Shown here: positions 10,754 to 20,429 of the stretch, one piece after another | Layout: the number at the start of each line of letters is the position of its first letter | Position numbering within the stretch: position 1 is the stretch's first letter | From: an uncultured delta proteobacterium | GTDB taxonomy: Bacteria > Myxococcota_A > Polyangia > Palsa-1104 | Reading direction: 5' to 3' | DNA: 64,000 bases | Assembly (NCBI GenBank): GCA_963785725.1 | Contig: CAWAWS010000024.1 | Location: forward strand, 1-64,000 | The notes under the pieces: generated by a model | Told to the model about the DNA's origin: nothing | The model's database searches: none | Seen by the model: only the letters and a program-made list of their open reading frames with translations | Position numbers and translations under genes: made by a program

Positions 10754-11581
10754 ATGTCCGCCATCGAAGAGATCGCCCAAGGCCGCCGCTTCGACTTCGG
10801 GCGCAACTGGACCTCGTTCCTCGACACGCTCAACGACGGCAAGGTCGCCGCCGCCGAAGACGCCTTGCGCGCCATGCTCGGCGTCGACGACTTGCGCGGC
10901 AAGCGCTTTCTCGACATCGGCTCGGGCAGCGGGCTCATGTCGTTGGCCGCGCACCGGCTCGGCGCCAGCGTCCGCTCGTTCGACTACGACACGGGCTCGG
11001 TCGCCTGCACGCGCACCTTGCACGATCGCTACTGCGACGACGAGGACGACTGGATCGTCGAGCAAGGCTCGATCCTCGACGCGGCGTTCGTGCGCGCGCT
11101 CGGGCAGTTCGACGTCGTCTATTCTTGGGGCGTCTTACACCACACCGGCAACATGTGGGGCGCCATCGACAATGCCTGCGCGACCGTCGCTGCCAACGGC
11201 CAGCTGTTCATCGCCATCTACAACGATCAGGGGCGCAAATCGGCCGGGTGGAAACAGGTCAAGCGGGTTTACTGTTCGGGCACGACGGGCAAGCTGGCGA
11301 TGTCGGCGCTGTTCATCCCCTACTTCGTGGCCGACGGGTTGAAGGAAGATCTGACGCATCTGCGTAATCCGCTGCAGCGCTATTCGCAGCGGGCGCGATC
11401 GACGCGCGGCATGTCGGCGGTGCACGATTGGTTCGACTGGCTGGGCGGCTTCCCGTTCGAGGTCGCGCGGCCGGAGGCGCTGTTCGCGTTCGTCAAAGAG
11501 CGCGGCTTTACGCTCGAGCGCATGACGACGACGTCGTCGCTGGGGTGCAACGAGCTCGTCTTTCGGCGATCGGCGGGCTGA
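10754..11581 (+). CDS. Class I SAM-dependent methyltransferase
   Basis: FLDIGSGSG, FDVVYSWGVLHHTG. Confidence 0.9.
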   Translation: MSAIEEIAQGRRFDFGRNWTSFLDTLNDGKVAAAEDALRAMLGVDDLRGKRFLDIGSGSGLMSLAAHRLGASVRSFDYDTGSVACTRTLHDRYCDDEDDWIVEQGSILDAAFVRALGQFDVVYSWGVLHHTGNMWGAIDNACATVAANGQLFIAIYNDQGRKSAGWKQVKRVYCSGTTGKLAMSALFIPYFVADGLKEDLTHLRNPLQRYSQRARSTRGMSAVHDWFDWLGGFPFEVARPEALFAFVKERGFTLERMTTTSSLGCNELVFRRSAG

Positions 11582-11867
11582 CGGCGAGCGCGCGGCCGCC
11601 GGTCGCGTCGGCGGGGATGTCGTGGCGCGGGAGCGCGCATGGGGCTGCGCGATTGGCGCAGCTCGCACGGGCGCCCGGTGGGCGCGTGCGAGCGGAGCTC
11701 CGTCGTGACGGACAGCGGTCGAGCGCGCAACGGCGTGGTTGGTTTATAGGGGGATCGGTCTCGGAGCGCCGACGTTCGCCTCCAAGATCAAGACGTGCAG
11801 AGCGTTCGCCGACCTCACGACGCGCCGCGCGTTCGGCTGACACGCGCGTGACCGCGAGCGGGCGCGA

Positions 11868-12035
11868 CTACGTGCCGTGATGATGGCAGCTCGGGTGGCC
11901 GCAGCCGCAGTCGTCCTTGAGCTTCGACTGCGAGGCGAGCCCCTTGGCGCAATAGTCGGAGCAGAACGCGTCGCCGCGGTTGGCCCGCTCGGTCGGAATG
12001 GGACAGTCGCAGCCTTTGTGTGCGCAGGTTTTCAT
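11868..12035 (-). CDS. Bacterial metallothionein-like peptide (55 aa)
   Basis: MKTCAHKGCDCP...FCSDYCAKG...DCGCGHPSCHHHGT; 8 Cys and 5 His; TATCTT hexamer 7 nt before ATG. Confidence 0.75.
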   Translation of the reverse strand: MKTCAHKGCDCPIPTERANRGDAFCSDYCAKGLASQSKLKDDCGCGHPSCHHHGT

Positions 12036-12154
12036 ACGGAGAAAGATAGGTTGCGCGGGAATGCGGCAACCGCGAGCTCGGTTCGATTCCTGAAACCCGC
12101 AAGCGTCACTGGTCACTAACGGCGTATGATGCGCGGCGTTTACAGGAGGTCGGC

Positions 12155-14452
12155 ATGCGCTCAGTGTCCCGCACCAGGAAGTGGGCCGTGGCTTCGTCCG
12201 CGGCCGCAGTCGTATGCGGAGTATCGTGGATCGCCGTAGGACGCGGGCCGGCGCCGTCACCGTTGTCGTCGCCGGCGAGCAAGCTGGCGCCCGCTACCGA
12301 TCAAAAGCGCGCCGTCGGTGGTGAATTGGCGCCCGTTCCCGGCGGCATGCCCGAGGCCGAAGGCGACATCCCGTTCGTCTCCGCGCGCGCCAACGCCGTC
12401 ACGACGCCGAGCGCGCCCGACGCGTGGGGTGGTCCGCGCACCGGCCAAGAGGCGACGCTGTCCGATCGCGTCGTGAAGTACGAGATCGCGGCGACGCTCG
12501 ATCCCAAAGCGCACACCGTCGAAGGCCAGGAGAAGATGACCTGGCACAACCGCAGCAATCGCCCGGTCAAATCGATCTATCTGCACCTCTATCTCAACGC
12601 GTTCGAAGGGCCGGGCAGCACGTTCTTGACCGAGCATCGCGAGAACGGCTTCGGCTTCCGCAGCGACGTCGGCGTCGAGAAGGGCGAATGGGGTCACATC
12701 GACCTGAAGAAGGTCGCGCAGAACGGCGCCGACGTGAAGTGGGCGTACGTGCATCCCGACGGCGGCCCCGAGACCGACCACACGGTCGTGCGCTTCGATC
12801 TGCCGGAAGCGGTGCCGGCCGGCGGCTCGACCAGCGTCGACATCGCCTTCCATGACCAGCTGCCGCGCGTCATCGCGCGCACCGGCTGGTGGGGCACGTT
12901 CCACATGATCGGCCAGTGGTTCCCCAAGATCGGCGTGCTCGAGCTGGCGGGCGAGCGTGGCGCGACGGCGCCGCGCTGGAACGTGCACGAGTTCCACCTG
13001 CACTCCGAGTTCTACGCCGACTGGGCCGAGTACGACGTGAAGATGACGGTGCCGAAGGACTACCAAGTGGCGTCGGCGGGCGAAGAGCAAGGCGCGCCGG
13101 TCGAAGCGAACGGCATGACGACGCACCACTTCACGCAAGGCGACGTGCACGACTTCGCGTGGATGGCGGCCAACGACTTCGCGCCGCCGCTCGTCGGCGC
13201 CTACGACGGCCCGGGCAGCCCGCACGTGACGGTCAAGGTGTTCTATCCGAAGGAGATGGAGGCGTCGGCGGCGCCGTCGTTGAAGGCGACGATCGATTCG
13301 ATCGGCTTCTTCTCGTCGACGCTCGGACCGTATCCGTACAAGACGTCGACCTGCATCGTGCCGCCGTTCAACGCCGGTGAAGCGGGCGGCATGGAGTATC
13401 AGACGATCTTCACGGGCGAGGGCTACTCGGTCGTCGAGCCCAACACGTTGCCGGCGGCGCTCGTCGACTTCGTGGTCATCCACGAGTTCGGTCACGGCTA
13501 TTTCTACGGCCTCTTGGCCTCGAACGAGTTCGAAGAGCCGCTGCTCGACGAAGGGCTCAACGAATATTGGGACATGCGCATGATGCGCGCCCGCAACCAA
13601 GACATCCACGTCACGACGCCGTTCTTGAAGCTGCTCGGCATCGAGCCGCAGACGAGCGGCTTCGCGTACGAACGCGCGACCGGCGCGCTCGATCCGCATC
13701 CGGCCGATCCCATCGGCGCCAACGCCTGGGATCGCTTCTCCAGCAACAGCTACGGCACCGTCTATTCGCGCACGGCCACGGTGTTTCACGATCTCGAAGA
13801 GCGGCTCGGTCACGACACGATCGAAAAGGCGTTCAAGCTCTATTATCAGCGCTGGCATTTCCGTCATCCGTCGACCGCCGATCTGAAGCAGGCGATCATC
13901 GACGCCTCGGGCGACGCCGCCACCGTCGAGACCGCGTTCCGCCAGAACGTCTACGGCGCCGATCCCGTCGACGATCGCGTCACCAGCGTCACCAGCGACG
14001 AGATCAAACCCGAGCCGGGCACGCGCCTCGACAAGGGCGTGTGGGTCGAAGACACGGAAGAGTCGCTGGAAAAGGAGATCTCGGCCAAGCGCAAGGAGTG
14101 GGACAAAGCGCATCCCAACGCCAAGCACGGCGAAGGGCCTTATCCCTACCGCACGATCGTGACCGTCAAGCGCGATGGCGCGCCGACGCCGCAGACGCTG
14201 GAAGTGACCTTCGAAGACGACTCGGTCGAGCGCGTGCAATGGAACGACCAAGAGCGCTGGCGCCGCTTCGTGTTCGTCAAGCCGGTGAAGGCGAAGTCGG
14301 CGATGCTCGATCCGCAGCGGCAGCGCTTCCTCGATCTCGACAAGCTCAACGACGGCAAGCTGCGCGAGCCGAGCTCGGCGGCGTCGCGTCGCTGGGGTGG
14401 TGACGTGGCCGCGATTACCGAAGTCCTCTACTCACTCTTGGGTGCGCTATGA
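12155..14452 (+). CDS. M1 family zinc aminopeptidase, exported
   Basis: GGMEY exopeptidase motif, HEFGH...LDEG (HExxH-x18-E); AGGAGG RBS; N-terminal anchor. Confidence 0.92.
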   Translation: MRSVSRTRKWAVASSAAAVVCGVSWIAVGRGPAPSPLSSPASKLAPATDQKRAVGGELAPVPGGMPEAEGDIPFVSARANAVTTPSAPDAWGGPRTGQEATLSDRVVKYEIAATLDPKAHTVEGQEKMTWHNRSNRPVKSIYLHLYLNAFEGPGSTFLTEHRENGFGFRSDVGVEKGEWGHIDLKKVAQNGADVKWAYVHPDGGPETDHTVVRFDLPEAVPAGGSTSVDIAFHDQLPRVIARTGWWGTFHMIGQWFPKIGVLELAGERGATAPRWNVHEFHLHSEFYADWAEYDVKMTVPKDYQVASAGEEQGAPVEANGMTTHHFTQGDVHDFAWMAANDFAPPLVGAYDGPGSPHVTVKVFYPKEMEASAAPSLKATIDSIGFFSSTLGPYPYKTSTCIVPPFNAGEAGGMEYQTIFTGEGYSVVEPNTLPAALVDFVVIHEFGHGYFYGLLASNEFEEPLLDEGLNEYWDMRMMRARNQDIHVTTPFLKLLGIEPQTSGFAYERATGALDPHPADPIGANAWDRFSSNSYGTVYSRTATVFHDLEERLGHDTIEKAFKLYYQRWHFRHPSTADLKQAIIDASGDAATVETAFRQNVYGADPVDDRVTSVTSDEIKPEPGTRLDKGVWVEDTEESLEKEISAKRKEWDKAHPNAKHGEGPYPYRTIVTVKRDGAPTPQTLEVTFEDDSVERVQWNDQERWRRFVFVKPVKAKSAMLDPQRQRFLDLDKLNDGKLREPSSAASRRWGGDVAAITEVLYSLLGAL

Positions 14453-15366
14453 ACGGCGTCAACGATAAGCGTTCGCTCGGCGTCGGTCAGGCGTTGAGCG
14501 CGGCGGCGCAGTGGCGCCTGTTGCTGGTGTGGACGGTCGGCCTGCTCGTGCCGACGGCGGTCGCGGCCATTCCGATCTGGCGGCTGCTCACCGTGGCGTT
14601 CGATCGGTCGCCGCGCGCGGTCGAGATCGCGCGTCACTTCGACATGCTCGCGTTCGAGGATGTCATCTCGGCGTTCGGTCGCTCGATGGCGCCGGTCGCG
14701 GGCGCGTTCTTGGCCGCGGGTCTGACGTTCGTGCTCGTGCAGCCGCTCTTGGCCGGCGTCACGGCGGCGGCGGCGCGGCAGCCGTTCGAGCCGATGCGCA
14801 TGCGCACGCTGCTCGAGCGCGGCATGGCCTTCTACGGTCGCATGTTCCGCATGATGATCGTATCGCTCGTCGTCCTCGGCGTCGTCGTCGGCAGCATCAA
14901 CGGCCTCGTCGGCATGATCGTCGGCAAGGTGACCAAGCACGCCGTCCTCGAGTCCACCGCCGATCGCGCCGGCCACGTGTCGACCGCCATCACGCTCATT
15001 CTGTTCATCCTCGTGCACGCCACGATCGAAGCCGGTCGCGCGCAGCTCGCGGCCGACGATGCGCGCCGCTCGGCTTGGGGCGCGTGGTGGGCGAGCGTCA
15101 AGCTGCTCGTGCGCCGTCCGCTGCCGGTGTTGGGGCTGTACCTCGCGCCGACGCTGGTGAGCCTGGCAGTCGCGTTCGTGTTCCTCGTCGTGCGCATCCG
15201 CTTGGACGGCGCGAACGCGTTGCTGTTCTGGCTCGCGTTCTTGGTCACGCAGCTGGCGGTGGCGACCATCGGCTGGGGTCGCGCGGCGCGGCTGTTCGCG
15301 CTGACGGACCTCGTGCGCGTGCCGCCGGTGGTCGCGCCCGCGGCCGCGACGATGTCCACGCCGTAA
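14449..15366 (+). CDS. Multi-pass membrane protein coupled to the M1 peptidase
   Basis: About six hydrophobic segments; ATGA overlap with upstream stop. Confidence 0.75.
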   Translation: MNGVNDKRSLGVGQALSAAAQWRLLLVWTVGLLVPTAVAAIPIWRLLTVAFDRSPRAVEIARHFDMLAFEDVISAFGRSMAPVAGAFLAAGLTFVLVQPLLAGVTAAAARQPFEPMRMRTLLERGMAFYGRMFRMMIVSLVVLGVVVGSINGLVGMIVGKVTKHAVLESTADRAGHVSTAITLILFILVHATIEAGRAQLAADDARRSAWGAWWASVKLLVRRPLPVLGLYLAPTLVSLAVAFVFLVVRIRLDGANALLFWLAFLVTQLAVATIGWGRAARLFALTDLVRVPPVVAPAAATMSTP

Positions 15367-15506
15367 CTGCAGCGCGCCCGCGCCGCTCACGCCTACTCCC
15401 GCCCGCACCCACGCAATCCTCCCGATTGCGCCGCACGCCAATCACGTCACGAGAGCGCACCGACCGTCGAAGGAGCCCGACGTAGCGAGCGGCGGTCGGC
15501 CCGCGC

Positions 15507-15588
15507 GCGAACGCGTGGTCACATGCGAACGCGGGTCAGTCGTGGCAACGCGGTCGGCCGGGCGAACGCAGGTCAGCGGGCGAACGCG
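15507..15588. repeat. About five degenerate ~18-bp tandem units (GCGAACGCG-GGTCAG)
   Basis: Copies at 15507, 15525, 15545, 15562 and 15580, spanning the stop of the 15573-16154 gene. Confidence 0.6.
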
Positions 15589-16154
15589 CGCGCGCCTTCG
15601 GCCTCGCCGATGTCGCGGCTCAAAATCGCCGTGCGCAGCTCTGCCCACGCCGTGAACGTCTCCATGCCGTCGGCAGGCGCGGCCTTCGCCGGATTGCAGA
15701 CGCCCGGCTTGGGCGCGGCCAAGAGCGGACAATAGTCGCGCTCACACGCTTGCAGCACCGTCGTCATGCGCGCCGCCGGCTCCGGCTTGTCGAAATCGAG
15801 CTGCGCTTGCCGGCAACCGGCCTCGCGAAAGAGCGGCGCGCAGGCACGGGAAACGACAGCGGCGTCGGTGGGCTCGCCCGGCGGCGTCGGCCCACCACGC
15901 GTCGCGCGGCGCTCGGCCACTTGGGCCTGCGCGGCGCGGCAAGCCTCGACCCGCGCGTGCACGTCGCCGGCGGGCGCCGGCGCCACCGCGGCAACGGCCG
16001 GCGGCGTCGCGACCGCGGGCGCCGGCGGCGGCGCGGGAATGACCGGCGCGACGCCGAGCCCCGCCGGCGGCGGGACTGCGCTCGGCAACGCCGCCCAAAC
16101 CGCGAGCCCCATCAGCACGACGATACCGGCGATGATTCCGATCCGAGGAGACAT
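15573..16154 (-). CDS. Hypothetical membrane-anchored protein (Pro/Ala linker, Cys-containing domain)
   Basis: N-terminal TM segment, six Cys; TGGTAGCGT extended -10-like element 6 nt before ATG. Confidence 0.7.
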   Translation of the reverse strand: MSPRIGIIAGIVVLMGLAVWAALPSAVPPPAGLGVAPVIPAPPPAPAVATPPAVAAVAPAPAGDVHARVEACRAAQAQVAERRATRGGPTPPGEPTDAAVVSRACAPLFREAGCRQAQLDFDKPEPAARMTTVLQACERDYCPLLAAPKPGVCNPAKAAPADGMETFTAWAELRTAILSRDIGEAEGARAFAR

Positions 16155-16196
16155 GCGCGCACGCTACCACGCGGTCACGCGGCACAAGAACCGCGA

Positions 16197-16748
16197 TCAG
16201 CGCCCGTGTCGCAGCTGATCGAGCGTCTGCACCAGCTCCAGCGTGACCGTGCGCGGCTGATCGTCGTCGTTCCAACGCGCCGCGCGCCAATGCTGCTCGA
16301 TGCAGTCGACGAGCGCCGGCGCCATGTCGCCATCGACGCGCTGCAGGTTCGTGACGCGCCCATGATCGACGCGCACATGATGACGTATGTGCTGTGCTGG
16401 GTTGGCGTCGGCGGCCGCGTGCGCCGCGCAAGACCGCGCGGCGGCGGCGAGCGCGGCATAGGCGCGATCGAGCGTGCGTCCGAGCGGCGCCGAGGGTGGC
16501 GCAGGCGGCGCGCCCGACGGTGCGACCGCTCCGCCGTCATCTGCCGACGCGCTCGCGGTCGCGCCTGCCGGCGGCGTGGCGACGGCGCGCGCATGAGCGG
16601 GCGCCGGCGGCCGCAACCGCGGCGCGCCCGCCGGAACATGACGCACCAACAGCCACCAGGCCAAGCTGCCCAGGGTCGTCAACAGCAGCGTCGCGATGAG
16701 GCCTCGATAGCGCGTCCGCCGACGATAGCGAATGCGCGACGCCACCAC
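16197..16748 (-). CDS. Hypothetical membrane-anchored protein
   Basis: Basic N-terminus + TM + Pro/Ala linker + small Cys-pair domain; start uncertain. Confidence 0.55.
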   Translation of the reverse strand: MVASRIRYRRRTRYRGLIATLLLTTLGSLAWWLLVRHVPAGAPRLRPPAPAHARAVATPPAGATASASADDGGAVAPSGAPPAPPSAPLGRTLDRAYAALAAAARSCAAHAAADANPAQHIRHHVRVDHGRVTNLQRVDGDMAPALVDCIEQHWRAARWNDDDQPRTVTLELVQTLDQLRHGR

Positions 16749-16931
16749 AACTTGGCCCTCTCGCCGCACCGGCCGCGCCGGCAAATGCACCGTGGCGCGG
16801 CCATTTGCGCGTGCGCCGGCAGGGCGCGATCCGGCCGCCGACCGAGCCCGTCAGCGACGCGAGTCACCGGTTTGCGCCCGAAATGCACGGGACGGTCGCG
16901 CGAATGGGCTAGTCAGTGCTAACATGAGTGT

Positions 16932-17303
16932 GTGCGCGCCAAGGCCAAGGAGACCCTCTTTCGCGAGGTCATCGTCGAGCGTGTGCGCGGCGGACGCGGC
17001 ACCAAACGCGTCCACGGCTGGCTGGTCGCGCCGGTAGCGGTCGGCGGCCATCTGGTCGTGCGCCAAGATGACGAGCGGCAGATGACGTCGACGCCGATTC
17101 GCCGGCTGCTCGTCGAGGATCAAGGCAGCCACGTCGTGTATGTCGAGACACAAAATAGCCGGTATCGCGTCACATTCGTCTCGTCGACCGACGAAGCCAA
17201 CAAAGGCGCGCGGGTGTCGGCGACCGTGTCTCCGGCCGATCGCGAAGTCGAAGTGACGCTGGTCGAAGACGTGCTGTCGAAGGCTGGCAACAACGACCGC
17301 TGA
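16932..17303 (+). CDS. Hypothetical protein
   Basis: Coding-like composition; TGCTAACAT extended -10-like element 6 nt before GTG. Confidence 0.65.
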   Translation: MRAKAKETLFREVIVERVRGGRGTKRVHGWLVAPVAVGGHLVVRQDDERQMTSTPIRRLLVEDQGSHVVYVETQNSRYRVTFVSSTDEANKGARVSATVSPADREVEVTLVEDVLSKAGNNDR

Positions 17304-17326
17304 AGCGTGATACGCTAGCGAAGCCC

Positions 17327-18088
17327 ATGACGACCGGCCCGCGAGAGCGCAAGCAGTGCCTGGTCCTGCTCGTGGAGGACAGCCATACGACGTACGAGCT
17401 GTACTCCGAAATCTTGGCCAGCGCCGGCTATGCCGTCGTCGGTGCCGACAGCGGTGACGACGCCTATGCCTCGGCGCGCCAGCACAAGCCGGACCTCATC
17501 GTCATGGACTACGAGCTCAAAGGCGCCGACGGCGTCGAGGCGACGCAGCGGATCAAGAGCGATCCCGAGACGCGGCACATTCCCATCGTCATGCTCACGG
17601 GACACGTCAGCGCGCAGCACCTGGAGCGCGCGCGCGGTGCCGGCTGCGACGCGTTCTTGCAGAAGCCCTGCCGCATCGACGAGCTGCTCGACGAGGTCAA
17701 GCGACGCGTGTTGCCGCGCGCGCAGGCCGGCGGCACGATCCTCGTCATCGAGGACGACGACGACATTTGCGAAGCGCTGTCGCACATCTTGGAAGCGCAC
17801 GGGCTGCAGGTCGTCATCACGCACGACGGTCGTCAAGGCATCGACTATCTGCACGGCGCCGACGAGCCGCCGCGCCTCATCTTGCTCGATCTCATGATGC
17901 CGGTGATGGACGGCTGGGCCTTCCGCGCGGCGCAGCTGGGCGATCCGAAGTTGGCGACGATTCCGGTCGTCGTGCTGTCGGCGTCGCCCGCGGGCACGCC
18001 GGCCTCGGAGCGGCTGCACGTCGACGAATTCCTCAATAAGCCGGTCGACGTTCCGCGACTCTTGCACGCCATCGAGCGCCATCTCTGA
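17327..18088 (+). CDS. Response regulator with two tandem receiver domains
   Basis: VLLVED..IVMD..KP and ILVIEDD..LLDLMMP..KP; no output domain. Confidence 0.92.
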   Translation: MTTGPRERKQCLVLLVEDSHTTYELYSEILASAGYAVVGADSGDDAYASARQHKPDLIVMDYELKGADGVEATQRIKSDPETRHIPIVMLTGHVSAQHLERARGAGCDAFLQKPCRIDELLDEVKRRVLPRAQAGGTILVIEDDDDICEALSHILEAHGLQVVITHDGRQGIDYLHGADEPPRLILLDLMMPVMDGWAFRAAQLGDPKLATIPVVVLSASPAGTPASERLHVDEFLNKPVDVPRLLHAIERHL

Positions 18089-18161
18089 CGCACTCGCGGC
18101 TGCTGCTTCAGTCGCTCGCGCCCGATGTTTCACGCGGCCCGGTCTCGGGTAAGATCGAGCG

Positions 18162-18686
18162 ATGATCGACGACTTCGTCACGCGCGCCGCCGAGCGCCCG
18201 CAGGCGGAGTTCGTGAGCGCCTTTCCCTTCCCGTTTCTGCTCGGCGCCGCGCTCGACAAGCCGGTGACCGGACCGACGCAGACGCTGCGCGGCGACGCGG
18301 CGGCGACCTTGGCCGCGCTGCGCAAGCAGGCCGCGGTCGATCGCTTGACGGCGCCGAAGCCGCCCGAGTCGCGGCTCGTGCTGCCGGTGCGCAAGATCCA
18401 AGGCAGCTTCCCCAGCATGATCACGGTCGGCCGCACCAAGAACAATGACGTCGTGCTCGCCGATCCGCTGGTGTCGAAGTTTCACGCCTATTTTCGACTG
18501 ATCGACGGCGCCTGGCTGATCGCGGATGCCGGCTCGGTGAACGGCACGCGCATCGGCGACATCGAGCTGCCGAAGCGCGGTCAGCCGCAGCCGATCCACT
18601 GGGGCGAACGGATCGCGTTCGGCGACTGCGTGCTGACGTTCCTCGATCCGGCCGGCGCGTGGACGGCGCTGCGCGCGCGCCGCTGA
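18162..18686 (+). CDS. FHA domain protein
   Basis: TVGRTKNND, VSKFHA, DAGSVNGT. Confidence 0.9.
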   Translation: MIDDFVTRAAERPQAEFVSAFPFPFLLGAALDKPVTGPTQTLRGDAAATLAALRKQAAVDRLTAPKPPESRLVLPVRKIQGSFPSMITVGRTKNNDVVLADPLVSKFHAYFRLIDGAWLIADAGSVNGTRIGDIELPKRGQPQPIHWGERIAFGDCVLTFLDPAGAWTALRARR

Positions 18687-18689
18687 CGC

Positions 18690-18964
18690 AGCCGGCGGCC
18701 TCGGGCAGCGAAGACGTCGCCGGATACTCAATGAACGGTAGGAACGCCAACGCCAACGTCGGCGCGTAGTCCGCCCAGTCGTCGCGCGTGATGTGCTTGG
18801 CCGCGAGCACGCGCTTCCTCCGCAAGACGACATCGGCGCGAATCGTGGCCGCGTCGTGCAAGGCTTCGTCGAGCGGCGGCAACGTCGGCAGCGTCACGTC
18901 CTCGACGTCGAGCGGCTGGTCGACGGCGCCCACACGCCGCCCAACGCAACCGTAACGGCTTCAT
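18690..18964 (-). CDS. Possible small hypothetical protein, apparently frameshifted; 3' end uncertain
   Basis: ATG overlaps the Rsm22-like stop (ATGA); coding-like DQPLDVEDVTLPTLPPLDEAL continues in another frame. Confidence 0.3.
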
Positions 18965-20052
18965 CGTCGGTTGCGAGCGCCACCCGGCTGCACGACGTGG
19001 ACGTCCGATTGATCATCCAATCGCAGGCCGTCGCCACGTGTCGCCAGACGATCGATGCGCACCAGATCGCCGCGCTGCAGATCGAGGAAGCCGCGATTGT
19101 TGTCGCGCACGTGCTTGTCCGGTAACACGAGCGGAAAGCGCCCTTCGGGGCCACAGCCGACGAAGCGCTGCTTGCCCTTCTCCGGCAGCGGCTCGGACAC
19201 GATGCGAAAGAGTCGCCCAGCCGGAAGCTCGGGCCAACCTGCGCTCGGCGGCTGCAACACGAGATAGGTCATCTTGAGCGAGTCGCGATGCAGCTTGGCC
19301 GCCTGCGCCAGCTCTTCGACGAGCGGCGGCGCCGTCCACGGCTGCTCGGCGTGGCACCAATCGCCGGGCCGCACGAGCGCCGGACAGTCGCCGCGATAAA
19401 GGCAGGGCGCGCGCACGGACGCGCCCTCGTGCAGCAGTCGATCGCGCAGCTGCAAGAGCGCGCGCGACGTCTCGCGCAGCGCCGGCTCGATGATGACGAG
19501 CGCGCCCTGCGGCCGCAAGCGCGCCAGCAGCTGCAGGACGAGCGCTGCCCGTCGCTCCAAATCACCACCGTACAACTCGTTGATGACGTGGCCGGCCAGG
19601 ATCGTATCGAACGGGCCACTCGGCAGCGGGCGCGATGGATCCCACGCCTCGACCGTCAGCGCGCAACCGGCGTCCGCGGCCAACGACTTGGCGATCGCCA
19701 GCGCCGCCGGCACGCGGTCGATCGCCCGCGCCGCGGTGGCGCCGGCATCGAGCGCGGCCAGCGCCAGCGGACCGGGACCGCTGCCGAGATCGAGCACGTC
19801 GCCGAGCGGCGCCCGCAGCTCGGCGAGCACGGCGCGCGCCTGCGCGTACGAGACCGGCCAATACAGCAGTAGATAGGCGCCGAGGAGCTGCGTGTCGTCG
19901 AAGTAGCGAGCGCCGGCCAGCTCGCGGTCGCCGGTCAAGCCGCGGGTCAGTCGGGCGGCGCCGGCGACCACGTCGCGCCGCTCGTCCGCGGTCAGCGCGC
20001 CGGTCGCGGCCGAGCCGCGCAAGCGGCGCCAGGCGGCGACGAGATGCGGCAA
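18961..20052 (-). CDS. Rsm22-like SAM-dependent methyltransferase; start may lie slightly upstream
   Basis: AYLLLYWP, VLDLGSGPG, IIEPA, APC..GDCP...WCH, RIVSEP..KG...CG. Confidence 0.85.
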   Translation of the reverse strand: MPHLVAAWRRLRGSAATGALTADERRDVVAGAARLTRGLTGDRELAGARYFDDTQLLGAYLLLYWPVSYAQARAVLAELRAPLGDVLDLGSGPGPLALAALDAGATAARAIDRVPAALAIAKSLAADAGCALTVEAWDPSRPLPSGPFDTILAGHVINELYGGDLERRAALVLQLLARLRPQGALVIIEPALRETSRALLQLRDRLLHEGASVRAPCLYRGDCPALVRPGDWCHAEQPWTAPPLVEELAQAAKLHRDSLKMTYLVLQPPSAGWPELPAGRLFRIVSEPLPEKGKQRFVGCGPEGRFPLVLPDKHVRDNNRGFLDLQRGDLVRIDRLATRGDGLRLDDQSDVHVVQPGGARNRR

Positions 20053-20078
20053 CCAAGCGTCCAGCGAGGCCGCGTCGT

Positions 20079-20342
20079 TCAGAGCCCCGGCTCCTCCGCG
20101 TCGTGCGCGTGGCGCAGCGCCGCTTTGACGTCTTTCGGCAGCTTCGATCCGTCGAGGATCACCTTCTGCGAATGCACCGCCCGCACCGCGGTCCCGTGGA
20201 TGACGAAGTCGCCTGCATTCTCGATGTTGACGACGATCTCGTGCGTCTTGAAGCGCACGTCCCGGACGGCGCCGACCTCGTCGCCGCCATCTTTGAGGAA
20301 CACTTGATACCCGACCTCGATGCCCTTGAACGCGTCATCCAT
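20079..20342 (-). CDS. Small hypothetical protein (PRC-barrel-like)
   Basis: GGAGG RBS; IEVGYQVFLKDGGDEVGAVRDV. Confidence 0.7.
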   Translation of the reverse strand: MDDAFKGIEVGYQVFLKDGGDEVGAVRDVRFKTHEIVVNIENAGDFVIHGTAVRAVHSQKVILDGSKLPKDVKAALRHAHDAEEPGL

Positions 20343-20394
20343 GACTGTTCCTCCGCGGCCAGCCTGACGCGTGCGCGCGACTTCGTCCAGTCCC

Positions 20395-20426
20395 TTGACA
20401 AGGTACAAGTTTAGACACATTCTAAA
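20395..20426 (+). promoter_or_regulatory. Sigma-70-type promoter with overlapping palindromic operator TTTAGAC-ACA-TTCTAAA
   Basis: TTGACA 20395-20400, 17-nt spacer, CATTCT 20418-20423, ATG at 20430 (leaderless geometry); palindrome 20410-20426. Confidence 0.75.
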
Positions 20427-20429
20427 TCG

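Noticed and set aside
15459..15500. CCGACCG...CGGTCGG hairpin as SRP or another known ncRNA
   Set aside because: It lacks the conserved SRP loop motifs and is too short; probably a terminator-like or chance stem.
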